Source: Macrostomum hystrix (Eukaryota; Animalia; Platyhelminthes). Taken from it: a stretch of 64,000 nucleotides of DNA. The notes beneath the pieces were generated by a model. The model saw only the letters and a program-made list of their open reading frames with translations. It searched no databases and had not been told where the DNA came from. How positions within the stretch are numbered: position 1 is the stretch's first letter; each line of letters begins with the position of its first letter. Positions 48,050 to 60,667 of this stretch are shown piece by piece. The stretch is taken from contig CATNEN010000038.1 of NCBI GenBank assembly GCA_950097015.1, positions 34,906,001-34,970,000 of the forward strand. Reading direction: 5' to 3'. Both the position numbers and the translations under genes were made by a program.

Positions 48050-48373
48050 GTGAATGCAGATGCCATCAATGCGCTTCTCACGCGATGGACTAAGTGCTGC
48101 GAGCTAAGGGGGGACTTCGTCGAAAAGTCGTCAGTCGACGGCGATGGCGATGCTGCGTGACCGATTCCGCTAGCCTTGACTAGGTGTAACTCTACCCCTT
48201 ATCTCTTGTTCTAATTTTAGCCATAACTTTTTAATGAATTGACATTTTTACTTGAATAAAAAAGCGTTAGAACTGCTGAATGTTTATTTATCAGTGACGT
48301 GAGTTTCAATAAACTATGTTTCACCAGTTTGCCTGTGCATCGATTTTACCCGCTATTTCTGGGACACCCTACG
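48050..48373 (+). mobile_element. 3' fragment of a mariner transposon
   Basis: 48056-48160 encodes ADAINALLTRWTKCCELRGDFVEK (mariner transposase C-terminal motif); ends GGGACACCCTACG|TA. Confidence 0.75.
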
Positions 48374-48474
48374 TAATTTACCATTATTTGGCTTGATTGC
48401 AATGATAAATGCCTCATTTACAGCTATTTAAAAAATGCAGCATTCGTTCATGTACTTGTTGACGATGATCGCCG

Positions 48475-51400
48475 CTACAACTGATCAGTTGTGAGCTGCT
48501 CGCCAGATTCTAGAATTCTAGCACAATTTCTAAAATTCTCATAATCATTCTGCACTGATTCTGCCTGCCATTTCGGGTCGTTCAACGTTGAGAATGGATC
48601 CTCAGAAAGGCAGTCGATAATTTCGTCTAGGCGAGGCAGGCGCACAAACAGCCTATAGGCGTGCAGCATCATGCGATCGCAGCGAAAGTCCGGCTCGCGT
48701 CGGCTGTACATCACGTCGCCAACAACCGGATGGCCTGAATTGTTGTCGATGAGATTTAAAAGAACTGTGCCGTAAAGGCTGGCTGGCAAATAGATTCTAG
48801 GGGGGGTCGGTCTGCACCCAAAAAGAGACAACATTGGAGCTTGGATGGTCAATGGCCTACAAAAGTAAAGCATGGGAGGGGTCAGGGCCGGCAAAGAGAC
48901 AGTGGGGGAGGGGGTCAGGGCCGGCAGAGACAGTGGGGAAGGGGGTCAGGGCCGGCAGAGACAGTGGGGAAGGGGGTCAGGGCCGGCAAAGAGACGGCGG
49001 AGGGGGTCAGGGCTGAGAAAGTGACAGCGGAGGGAGTCAGGGCTGAGAAAGTGACAGCGGATGGGATCAGGGCCGAGAAAGTGACAGCGGAGGGGGTCAG
49101 GGCTGAGAAAGTGACAGCGGAGGGGGTCAGGGCTGAGAAAGTGACAGCGGATGGGATCAGGGCTGAGAAAGTGACAGCGGAGGGGGTCAGGGCTGAGAAA
49201 GTGACAGCGGAGGGGGTCAGGGCTGAGAAAGTGACAGCGGATGGGATCAGGGCCGAGAAAGTGACAGCGGAGGGGGTCAGGGCTGAGAAAGTGACAGTGG
49301 AGGGGGTCAGGGCTGAGAAAGTGACAGCGGATGGGATCAGGGCCGAGAAAGTGACAGCGGAGGGGGTCAGGGCTGAGAAAGTGACAGTGGAGGGGGTCAG
49401 GGCTGAGAAAGTGACAGCGGATGGGATCAGGGCCGAGAAAGTGACAGCGGAGGGAGTCAGGGCTGAGAAAGTGACAGCGGATGGGATCAGGGCCGAGAAA
49501 GTGACAGCGGAGGGGGTCAGGGCTGAGAAAGTGACAGTGGAGGGGGTCAGGGCTGAGAAAGTGACAGCGGATGGGATCAGGGCCGAGAAAGTGACAGCGG
49601 AGGGGGTCAGGGCTGAGAAAGTGACAGTGGAGGGGGTCAGGGCTGAGAAAGTGACAGCGGATGGGATCAGGGCCGAGAAAGTGACAGCGGAGGGAGTCAG
49701 GGCTGAGAAAGTGACAGCGGAGGGGGCCAGGGCTGAGAAAGTGACAGCGGATGGGATCAGGGCCGAGAAAGTGACAGCGGAGGGGGTCAGGGCTGAGAAA
49801 GTGACAGCGGAGGGGGTCAGGGCTGAGAAAGTGACAGCGGAGGGGGTCAGGAAAACAGCAACTTACCAATGCAGTTTGTGTGCACGCGCAGCTGATGAGT
49901 ACGGCCATGCTTGAGCAGTAGCAGCACTTTTGTAGCCGGCTGGCCATCGTAGAGTCCGCGCTCCAATGGTATAATCTGGCTTAGCGCCGGCTTGGGATCC
50001 AGGCACCGATAGTGAGTCTGTGTGACACTAAACTTGCGCACATCGCCGCTCTTGGCAATGTCCAAACGATCCCAACCGATTGGCTGATCAACAGTCACTG
50101 TCTCACTGGTGTCAAAGTGGCCCCAAACAATAGCTAGATATTGTTTAAGTACTCGACGATTTAAAAAGGCTTTAGAAGCTCGCATGGCAGCGTCCTGATT
50201 ATAGGCCAGTAATAATAGGCCACTCGTGGCGTGATCAATCTGGTGGCAGAACCTGTACCAATGATAGGCGCTCGGATCCGCCAGTGTGTACCTGGCCAGG
50301 AACACCTGTTTTTTGCAGGGGTCGGCTGCGACATTATATGTACAGAACTCAAGTCTGAGGTAAAGGGTGAGCATGGCGAACAGTTTTATGACCACTCTGG
50401 TCCTTTCTGAAACTATATATGACCCTACCAATAAAATGTGTCCTTTTTGAAACTATATATGACCAAAAATGGTCCTTTTTGAAAATATATATGACCAAAA
50501 ATGGTCCTTTTTGAAACTATATATGACCATTCTAGTTCTTTCTAAAACTATCAGTGACGACAATGGTCCTTTCTGAAACTATCGGTGACCACAATGGTCC
50601 TTTCTGAAACTATCCGTGACCACAATGGTCCTTTCTGAAACTATCCGTGACCACAATGGTCCTTTCTTAAACTATCCGTGACCACAATGGTCCTTTCTGA
50701 AACTATCCGTGACGACAATGGTCCTTTCTGAAACTATCCGTGACGACAATGGTCCTTTCTGAAACTATCCGTGACCACAATGGTCCTTTCTGAAACTATC
50801 CGTGACAACAATTGTCTTTTTTGAAACTATATATGACCAAAAATGGTCCTTTTTGAAAATATATATGACCAAAAATGGTCCTTTTTGAAACTATATATGA
50901 CCATTCTAGTTCTTTCTAAAACTATCCGTGACGACAATGGTCCTTTCTGAAACTATCGGTGACCACAATGGTCCTTTCTGAAACTATCCGTGACCACAAT
51001 GGTCCTTTCTGAAACTATCCGTGACCACAATGGTCCTTTCTGAAACTATCCGTGACCACAATGGTCCTTTCTGAAACTATCCGTGACGACAATGGTCCTT
51101 TCTGAAACTATCCGTGACGACAATGGTCCTTTCTGAAACTATCCGTGACCACAATGGTCCTTTCTGAAACTATCCGTGACGACAATGGTTCCTTTCTGAA
51201 ACTATCTGAGACCACAATGGTCCTTTCTGAAACTATCCGTGATGGCAATGGTCCTTTCTGAAACTATCCGTGACCACAATGGTCCTTTCTGAAACTATCC
51301 GTGACGACAATGGTTCCTTTCTGAAACTATCCGTGACGACAATGGTTACTTTCTGAAACTATCTGTGACAACAATGGTCCTTTCTGAAACTATCTGTGAC

Positions 51401-51842
51401 AACAATTGTCTTTTTTGAAACTATATATGACCACAATGGTCCTTTCTGAAAACGATCTATAAAAACCACTATAAGTCCTTTCTATTAAAAATTAGAAAAC
51501 TGCAATTCACACCTGGGTATTAAGCGCCAACGGGTTAAACCAACGCGAACTGGTATTGACACTTAAATCGAAGGACTTATTAACCACAATGAAATTGTCT
51601 GTCTCGTACACAATCCTCAAGTCGTCTGGCATTAAATAAGCATTTCTTCGGCGAATAGTATATCGCCACAGCATCTGACAGTGCCAGGCTAGGCGCAGAT
51701 GCAGCCTAGCTAATAGGCAGGCGAATCTATTAGCCGGATTAAAGCGAAACATTCGTCCAAGCACGGTGCGAGACGCCGCACTCGCACTGGCGGATGCGGC
51801 CATTGCTAACAGTCGCTTGGCTGCTGCGGCAACTGTTGCCAT
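48475..51842 (-). CDS. RPUSD1: RluA-family RNA pseudouridine synthase. Exons 51842-51513, 50305-49867, 48734-48475
   Basis: IVYETDNFIVVNK, RFCHQIDHATSG (catalytic Asp), KQYLAIVWGH, GRTHQLRVH..IG|HPVVGD, RMMLHAY. Confidence 0.9.
48875..49852. repeat. 30-bp intronic minisatellite (RPUSD1)
   Basis: Unit gtgacagcggagggggtcagggctgagaaa. Confidence 0.96.
50390..51452. repeat. 31-bp intronic minisatellite with a block duplication (RPUSD1)
   Basis: Unit gaccacaatggtcctttctgaaactatccgt; the variant block at ~50445-50560 recurs at ~50815-50935. Confidence 0.94.
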
Positions 51843-52279
51843 GACGACTTGAATTATTTCCAATGCGAATGTGAACTGGAGGTACTGGAAAAGCATTGAG
51901 TACGTACTAAATAAAATATACCAATTAAGTAAACTGAAAAGTTATGATCAATAGCATTGGCTTAGTAAAAACTTTGAAGAAAACTAATTAACTATTGACG
52001 ACATTTTTCTGCTAGGAATAAATAGCTTCGAGATGTAGCCATGGTAGATATTCTCGAATACAAGAGCCGCCAAAGCAGTCACCATTGCGTGACTAGTCAA
52101 AACACAACACGCCAAAAAGGAAGACGGCAGGGCAATGAATTGCAAGCTTAGATGCAGCTGCTCAAAAAATTCAACTGCATTTAACAAATACCCACTTAGA
52201 CGGTTACAAAGACTAATGACCAAGCTGTCCCAAGAGCTAACAAACAGGCCAGACACACTGGCAGGCAATGAAACAGCCA

Positions 52280-52410
52280 AGCTGACTTTTCTGGTGGCTC
52301 TATGATATAACGTGTATTGTGTGACTGGGTACAGTCAGTACTACCTTGTCTATGGGAGGGACTTGCGTCTGCCCATTGACAACACCCTATGGAAGCTTCC
52401 TGAGTACGAC
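52280..52410 (+). pseudogene. Gypsy-type integrase C-terminal remnant
   Basis: Translates as TGYSQYYLVYGRDLRLPID, matching the TGxSPFxLxYGRxxRLPxD motif. Confidence 0.55.
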
Positions 52411-52929
52411 GACCTTGTACTCAGTACTTTAGTCCTGATTACGAGCTAAAGTCATGTTTTCTATTGTGACTTTGTGCCGTTTGGGCTAAAGTCCTGTTTT
52501 GTCCATCTTTGCCCTAGCAGCTTCCAATTTTGGTGCTTTAGTTCACATTTTTGTATTTTAGCCTGTTAAGGATCTGACTAACAAAACTTTTTTCCTGCCC
52601 TCCTGCCTGAGTTGCAGGAATGCTAGAATTTGATCAGCACTTTACTTTGAAGAGATTGTTATCATTCTTAATTTTGGCGGCCTGCAAGAATGGGTTTTCA
52701 CAAAAAGAGCCCAGACTTTCTTGGTGGCAACAATTACCCTACCAAGCTATCTGACAGAAGAACTTAGGCTACCTTAAGCAGGCAGTCTGAAAGCCATATA
52801 TACTGAAAGAAAGATTAATAAGGCCTACACCAAAGGGATAAGACTGGGGTTCATAATCTATCCAATGGATTTAAGGAATAGAATGGATTGCTAGTATTTA
52901 GCTAAAAGCTACAAAAAAACAAATTACAT

Positions 52930-53240
52930 GACAGAATGCAGATGGAAACAATTTTCTGTAATTAGGCCTGGATCTTGAGTTGCTATTGTAGATATTACCA
53001 TACCAACACAGTCAAGACCTAGTCAGCCAAAAACCTAAAATTCTGGAGTTCTATGGGCCATGGTGCCAGCTTTCCTATCTTGACTACACTGGCTAAACCA
53101 GTTCTCTGCATCCCACCTTTTAGTGCCAATACTGAGCAGTTGTTCAGCGCTGCTAGATCTGTTGTTAGGGCCAAGCACAACTAGTCTGCCAATTACCTGC
53201 TCTTTATTAAGCAGAATTATGGGAAAATTGATAATTAAAA
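52930..53240 (+). pseudogene. Decayed hAT transposase, C-terminal dimerisation domain
   Basis: LKFWSSMGHGASFPILTTLAKPVLCIPPFSANTEQLFSAARSVVRAKHN* matches hATC FW..FP.L..LA...L.IP.TS...ER.FS. Confidence 0.75.
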
Positions 53241-55339
53241 CCTGATAACAGAAAGTAGGCCTATCCCGCTTGAAGACAACAAATTTAAATTAGACTGCAC
53301 ATGGCCTGCTATTCTGTGAGCTCCAGTTTGGTAGGACACTTTGTCAGTATTTATACTGATGGTTAAACAATACTTTGAAATTTTCCCTTAGGCCTCAAGA
53401 GCTCAAATTTATCCTTAGGGTAATGTATCATCAACCGAACAGTGTATCTTCAAAACCGAACAAGAATTTTGACTCCTTCCTTGGTCTCGTGCAAGACAGA
53501 AACAAGCTATTGTGTTTCACAGAACAACTAATTTGAAAGTTGAAGAAATTATCTACAAGCTGAGGCATGATGTGCAATGAAGCATTAAGAGGAAAGAAAG
53601 ATATTGATGTTTCAGTAGAAATTTTTATTGCAAAATCATACTTTTTAACAACATTTTTTCAGTAAGTACTTTAGACAAAGATTGTATGTGGTTGCTTGCC
53701 AATTAAATGACCATAAATGTAGTTACTTATAGAGCATGAAAAATGCTTTCAAATGACATAATTCATGATAGTTCACTCCTTAAAATAAGATTAAACCACT
53801 CACTCAAATTTTAAAACCAAACATCAAATTCTCTGTTTGGTTTGAAGATATATGAAAATCATTGTTTGGTTTTAGATAAAAAGCAGGAATAACTTTTTTT
53901 CTATTTGACAAAATAGCAAAAGCAGATACTTTTTAGAAAGATGTAACTGTTTTCTATAACTTGGCTTTTGATTTATAATCATATCTTAAATAGAAAATCT
54001 GTAGCTTAGGTTTGAAGTTAAAAAAATACACATTCTTGTTTGGTTGATGATACATTACCCTAATAATTTTATTGAACATCTGAGTTGCTATTTAACAACC
54101 CTTGAAAAAGTCTTAAATAGCTATTTCAATCATCATAATCAAGATAGCAACCCAACCATCCTTAAACAGCCTCAGAATCATCTATTAAGTGGCCCCTACA
54201 CTATAATTGTGTCATCATTTAACATTTTATTTCCTATATATTGTTAATTGTTATTTTATTTGTGAATAAGTGTCACTGTCCGGTTTGATTTGCTCAATTA
54301 TTTTTATTAAACTGTGTCAATTTTTAGTTTCATTGCTAAGGCATAGATCATGGAATAGGCCTAAATAATGTAACATGCTTCCCAAATTGTACTTTGTTGG
54401 CTCATTAGACTATTAGCAAATAAAACCACAATCAATACAGCACAAAGAATGCATATAAAAAGTAATCTAATATAATAAATTTACTAAATTCTAGAATTTA
54501 ATGTTGATCCTAGAATCTAATTATCTGATAAGGTTAAAGAGATTAAAAATGTATTATGTTATAAATGTTTTTTTCTTGCACAAATAGTTTTCAGAATTAG
54601 ATAGATGGAAACATTCATTTTACAAAATGCAATTTAGAGTTTTTGTTTTATTTTGCACCTTAATTTGCAGTTGTTTATATTCCGGGCTATCTTCTAAGTT
54701 CTATATTCAAAATATCTGAGTTTTTGAGATTTGTCAGAACTACAGCTACAGCTACAGATTACAAGAATATAGTAATATTGTCTTTATGGCTATGGAATAT
54801 AGAGAATTGGAACAAGCCATAGTTTTGCTTATGGTTATGCTATGGCACATGGACATAGCATACAGCAGTTTTCCAACTTATAGCAGAATACTAGTTTTAA
54901 GTATAATTTATTTGTGTCACATAGGCCTAGGCCTATCCTAAAATTCAACTGTGTGGGTGAGTGAGAGATGACTTAGGTTGAGAAGGCTCTCAAATAAGGG
55001 TCCAAGCAAATACCAAAATGAACCACAAAAGACAACAAATGGACCTAAGCATTAGCTTTTTGTTTCATTTTACAATGGCTCTAAGAGCTGCTCTGAGACT
55101 TTTGTTTCTCCTTATTTTAGTTCTTTCTGCTGTTCTCGTCTTTTTGTCCCCCCTTTGATTTTCCTACTTTTGATCAGTTGACTTTTTGCACTTACTTTGC
55201 TTAGACTTAATTTCACCTAAACAATTCAATTGGGCCTCACACATGTATTTAATTAAGTTTTTATTATAAAAAGTTTTTTGTCTTGTAATAAACTCATAGC
55301 ACATGTAGTCCAAACTACAAACAGAGCTATTTTGAAGAA

Positions 55340-55753
55340 CAAACTCCTATTTTGCTGTGTTAAATTATTTTTACATTTAAAACCTTCTACAAGTTAAAAT
55401 GGTGCATGTGAAAGTTAAAAAGATGTTAAAAGTTTTAAAAAGGATGTAGTCAACAGTCAATAGTAACTAATACCATTGAGGGATCGTGGGCAAAGTGAAG
55501 GACAAGTTCTGAAGAATACATGGCACAAGTGACGCACTATTTGAGACTTACTCACCTGAACAAGTATCTCTGGCCGCCTCTTCCCGGAGAAAATGTGTGG
55601 CAACTTCCTCTACTGGGTTGCCCATTACTATTGATTGTTGACTACATCATTTTAAAACTTTGAACTCTGTCATGTTAACTTCCATGCGTGCCATTTTAAC
55701 TTTTAAAAGGTTTTAAGTGTAAAAATAATTTAACGCAGCAAACTAGGAGTTTG
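55340..55753. repeat. Fold-back inverted repeat, ~128-bp arms (55340-55466 / 55625-55753)
   Basis: Arms are reverse complements with scattered mismatches. Confidence 0.85.
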
Positions 55754-57245
55754 CCTGGACTTCTAACACCAGTAGTACTAGTACCTTCGCATGTGCATAT
55801 TTCATTTTTAAAAATCTAAATAAATAAACAAGAACAATATATATTGTCATGAAAACACGAATAAGAATAATACTCTATTCACATTGCAAATATGAAAACA
55901 TCTTTAAATCAAAGAATCGAATAGATCCAACAATAATTTCACTTCACGCCTGCAGGAGGCCACGATTGGTTTTTAAAGTCCGGCGCCCGGACAATAAAAA
56001 TTAAAAAATAAATAAACAAACTGCAAAATAGTTTCTTTTGCAAAAAAATTATAGTTTCCTGTTATATTTTGTTATGTTTGACATATCTTAGAAAATATAC
56101 AAACGCTCAGTATATATATACAATAAAGTTTTGTTTTTCTATCTGGCTTTTGCGATATAGGAATACTTTCATTTCAACTTGGATTTCAGTTACGTTAAAT
56201 TAAGGCTTAAATGCTCAAAGGCTCAAATTAAATTAGATTTTTCGTCCGGTTAACCGAGTTATAACTTATAACTAAGTTATAAGGGGTTGTAGCGCTGCCA
56301 CGAGAACCTCAATGCGGCTCTATCATTTGTAAGATAAAATAATTAACAAGCTGCAAAAGGACAGTCATTCAGATTTGAAGTTTGTGTCTCAAATTATTTT
56401 CGCTTATCAGCTAATTAAAAAATTAAAACCTTTTCCAGAAATTCGGTTGTTCCAGGGACTAACTTAGTTCAAGGGTATAGTTTGGTCTTTGTGAGGTCAA
56501 GACTCAAGATGGCTCTCAGCAGGGCAAGAGTGGTCTTTGGGAGGATTGTTGCTCCTGCTCGTTGTCATTGAAAGGGGAGAAATTAAGTCCATGGGTGGTT
56601 AACCGGTTAACTTGACAAATAACAACTACCTTAAATTAAACTTAATTTTATTAAACTGACACTGACGCTGACACTGACACTGAAACTGAATGGCCACCCA
56701 CTCTAGCTACGACCTACACATTATTATGTTCTTGTGTATAGGCCCTATCACGTTTTAGATATTCTCACTGATTGTCAATTGTTCTCAGGAAAATTTTCGC
56801 CTGTTTTGCGGAAATGAAAGTTAGTCATATATTATAATTATTGAATAACTGTAATAATAAAAAAGACAGGTCCTATTTTTATTCCACAAAATCCAATTAA
56901 ATTTATTGTTGATTACTTGTCAATTTGTCATTTACACACCTTCTCCAAGCCCTTTTATTTATAAAATTGTTAAGTTTCTAATTAGTGTTTTTAAATGTAT
57001 TATACATATTTCTCTAGTCAAAATAGTAATCAATAAAGTAGTAGCCTCAATTTTACATACATCAATACCTTAATCAGTACTATTTTACAAACATCTACTA
57101 TTTACTTGACAAGGCAAACAGGTTGAATAACCTTCATAGTTACTCCCACCCTGTACCTATACAACTGAAATGTGATAATGAAGTGCACTCCATGTACAAA
57201 AATTAATGCACAGACTCAATTAGGTCAGATGTCTATATTTTAACA

Positions 57246-57757
57246 CAGGGGTCGGCAAACTCCAGCCTGCGGGCCAGATGCGGCCCTTGAAGCTCCCAAA
57301 TCCGGCCCGTTGCCCCTTCTGACATTTACAGTGTCCTGTTTCATCTCACTCATGTCTAATCTCTCCCGTGTCTAATCTCTCCTGTGTCTCATCTCTCCCG
57401 TGTCTCATCTCTCCCGTGTCTCATCTCTCCCGTGTCTAATCTCTCCTGTTTCTCATCTCTCCCGTGTCTAATCTCTCCTGTTTCTCATCTCTCCCGTGTC
57501 TAATCTCTCCTGTTTCTCATCTCTCCCGTGTCTAATCTCTCCCCTGTCTTATCTCTCCCGTGTCTTATCTCTCCCGTGTCTCATCTCTCTCGTGTATCAT
57601 CTTTCTGTCTCATCTCTCCCGTGTTTAATCTCTCCCGTGTCTCATCTCTCCCGTGTCTCATCTCTCCTCTATCTCATATTTATACAGTCAATGCGGCCCG
57701 CTGTCGTCTTTTAGGTTCTCTCTTTGGCCCGCCAGCTAATAAGTTTGCCTACCCCTG
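57246..57757 (+). mobile_element. hAT MITE, same family as 38914-39543, opposite orientation
   Basis: TIR CAGGGGTCGGCAAACT / AGTTTGCCTACCCCTG; TSD TTTAACAC (overlapping terminal C); shared subterminal gtcaatgcggcccgctgtcgtcttttaggttctc. Confidence 0.88.
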
Positions 57758-57944
57758 TTTAACACATCCACAGCAGATTGTGCAGTACATCATCTGAAGG
57801 CAGTATACTGCTGATTGATTAGTCAATTTACTGTGGCACAACACACCCTGCTATTACCCTGCTAATGCTGAAAGCCATTTAACATCTGGTTGAGCTGAAG
57901 CAATGCAGAGTTAATTGTCTTGTTAAAGGACAAAAATAGTTCTA

Positions 57945-58020
57945 GTGACCATTGGAGTCGGAAATCGAACCCCTGACCTTCAAAAAATTACTCCAGTGCC
58001 CTTACCAATAGGCTTCAACA
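57945..58020 (-). other. Degenerate tRNA-like / SINE head fragment (similar fragments at ~31720-31755 and ~32910-32950)
   Basis: A-box-like AGCCTATTGGTAA and B box GGTTCGATTTCC; internal T6 and no valid cloverleaf. Confidence 0.45.
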
Positions 58021-58070
58021 CTCTTTTAGAAAGAGATAAAACCAGGAATTACTATCGATTTCTATTTAAA

Positions 58071-59483
58071 ATGTTGCAGGGCAACGCGGCGACATTGCAG
58101 CAACGTCGGCAGCCACGCCAGTCGCCAAGTCGTTGCTCCGGCTGCCAGGTGACATTTGCCCGGCTTGGCGCCGGTCCAAGGCATCGCTGTCCATGCAGTG
58201 TCTGTCGTTGCGACTTTTGTGCCAGCTGTCTGGCCAGTGTGGCACTCGCCGGTCGAGTCTGTCTGGGCACCAAGCAGCCTCTATCTGCTGGCGTCTTGGC
58301 CACAGCTGAGTCAGCTGCTGCCGGCTTTGTGCGGGCTTGTCGCCGCTGTCAGGTGATACAGGCAGACACCTATTCTTTTTTGCTTGGTTGACACCCACTG
58401 GGCCTGGCCAATCATCGCGTGCTGCAGTTTTTAGCGGCAAATAGGGAATCCTTGTGCTTGTATGACACCCACCGGCCTGTCCAATCATTGAGTGTTGCTA
58501 TTTTTAGCTTACAATGTGGAATCCTGACCACAGCCAACTGCGAAAAATATTAATTAAGCTCGTGGCTCACTGCATGATAGTAATCTCAATAATTTTTGTT
58601 AATTACACCCGCAGGTGCTCAGCAATCCGAATTTCACCTTCTCCGACCTGGTATCCCTGGGTGCCGGTAATCTTCGCTGGTTTCTGCGCTTCACTCAGAT
58701 TAACAACGGCGAGAATTACTTGACCGATGATAACAATATCGGTCAAGGCGATAGCGACAGAGAGGTCAGGAGGCTAGCGGGCATTGTGCTGGAGCGATTC
58801 GGCCCTAGCGCAGCAGCAGCTTCAAGTGCTTCGGTCAGTATTGAGAGTTCGCTGATGAATGCAAGCCAGCTGCCTAATATGCAACAGCAGCAGCAGCCAC
58901 AACAGCAACAACAACAACAACATCAGGATCAGCTAGTGCTTAGCCTAAGCCAGCTGGACGTTGAATCGCAACTAGATGGCCTGTCAATAAAAGAGATGAA
59001 GCATTTATTAGCCAGGAATCGGTTAGTTTAATTTATTCTTTAATTTGCTAAATTTATTTGTTTAAAAAATTGTAAAGACCCGTCCAACTAATAGCAACAC
59101 AGAAATAAATATTAGTGTATTATTGAGTTAATAAAACGGCCCCAATAAGGGCCATACAATGTGTCTGATAAGCACACCGAATTAATCCGGCAATCCAAAA
59201 ACACTTTCTTTCCAGAGTGGATTATCGTGGCTGTCTAGAACGTACTGAGCTGCTAGATAAGCTTCGTCGATTATGGCGCGAGCACGAATGTAGCCGGTTG
59301 GCTGTAGAAAGAGACACTGTAGCGACAGTAGATCTGTGCAAAGTTTGCATGGACGCCACTATTGATAGTGTGCTGCTTGAGTGCGGCCACATGGTTACCT
59401 GCGTTGGGTGTGGCAAGAGATGCGCCGAATGCCCGGTCTGCCGACAGAATGTCGTTCGCGTGGTGCGCACTTTTAAATCATAA
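58071..59483 (+). CDS. RNF34: RNF34/RFFL (CARP)-like E3 ligase: FYVE-like finger, SAP-like region, C3HC4 RING. Exons 58071-58352, 58615-59021, 59216-59483
   Basis: CSGC..CSVCRCDFCASC..CRRC; LSIKEMKHLLARN|VDYRGCLERTELL; CKVCMDATIDSVLLECGHMVTCVGCGKRCAECPVCRQ. Confidence 0.88.
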
Positions 59484-59917
59484 TTATAACAGATTTTTTT
59501 CTTGTAAAATTTAATACAATTTAAGGCATAGAGTATTTTGTTATCAAAGTACGAGTATGTCATCGTGTTTAAAAATCATCTTATTCATAATAACTGTTGT
59601 TTTGTTTGTCTTAAGCATTTTCGACGCTAAAAAACTTAACACTATATAGTAATTTGTGTGTGCAATTTTTGCTTGTGTCGATTAGTGTTTTTGTCCCAAA
59701 CTTTACATTTAAATGTTAGCTGGGGCCTTGATACTGAATACAATTCAGTACTATATTCAGTACTATATGGTTCGTTCAAAACGTTGTGTCCTATGTTTTA
59801 CATATTGCCTGAACGGTTGATTACTATCCATATTAACCCTTTTATGGCATGTTGTACTGTTATTTACTTGTATTATGCTCATTTCAGATGTACTTTCTGT
59901 GCCTTTTACCAGTTTTT

Positions 59918-60667
59918 ATGTGTTCTAATGCAGGATCTTATCTGTATTCTAATGCAGGATCTTACCTGTGTTCTAATGCAGGATCTTACCTGTGTTCTAA
60001 TGCAGGATCTTACCTGTGTTCTAATGCAGGATCTTACCTGTATTCTAATGCAGGATCTTACCTGTTTTCTAATGCAAGATCTTACCTGTGTTCTAATGCA
60101 AGATCTTACCTGTGTTCTAATGCAAGATCTTACCTGTGTTCTAATGCAAGATCTTACCTGTGTTCTAATGCAGGATCTTACCTGTGTTCTAATGCAGGAT
60201 CTTACCTGTGTTCTAATGCAGGGTCTTACCTGTGTTCTAATGCAAGATCTTACCTGTGTTCTAATGCAAGATCTTACCTGTGTTCTAATGCAGGATCTTA
60301 CCTGTGTTCTAATGCAGGATCTTACCTGTGTTCTAATGCAGGATCTTACCTGTGTTCTAATGCAGGATCTTACCTGTGTTCTAATGCAAGATCTTACCTG
60401 TGTTCTAATGCAAGATCTTACCTGTGTTCTAATGCAGGATCTTACCTGTGTTCTAATGCAGGATCTTACCTGTGTTCTAATGCAGGATCTTACCTGTGTT
60501 CTAATGCAGGGTCTTACCTGTGTTCTAATGCAAGATCTTACCTGTGTTCTAATGCAAGATCTTACCTGTGTTCTAATGCAAGATCTTACCTGTGTTCTAA
60601 TGCAGGATCTTACCTGTGTTCTAATGCAGGATCTTACCTGTGTTCTAATGCAGGATCTTACCTGTGT
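59918..60667. repeat. 24-bp minisatellite downstream of RNF34
   Basis: Unit gatcttacctgtgttctaatgcag. Confidence 0.97.

Noticed and set aside
48841-49947. Long repetitive ORFs on both strands (also 59658-60674, 61256-61810, 35860-36418, 3793-4459, 27226-27731, 30284-30958, 46123-46820)
   Set aside because: Artefacts of stop-free tandem units lying within introns or UTRs of identified genes
56190-56645. Possible palindromic element (GGTTAACC motifs)
   Set aside because: Could not define TIRs or a TSD with confidence
57945-58020. Functional tRNA gene (also ~31720 and ~32910)
   Set aside because: B box present but no acceptor or anticodon stems, and an internal T-run at 57980; treated as SINE or pseudo-tRNA remnants
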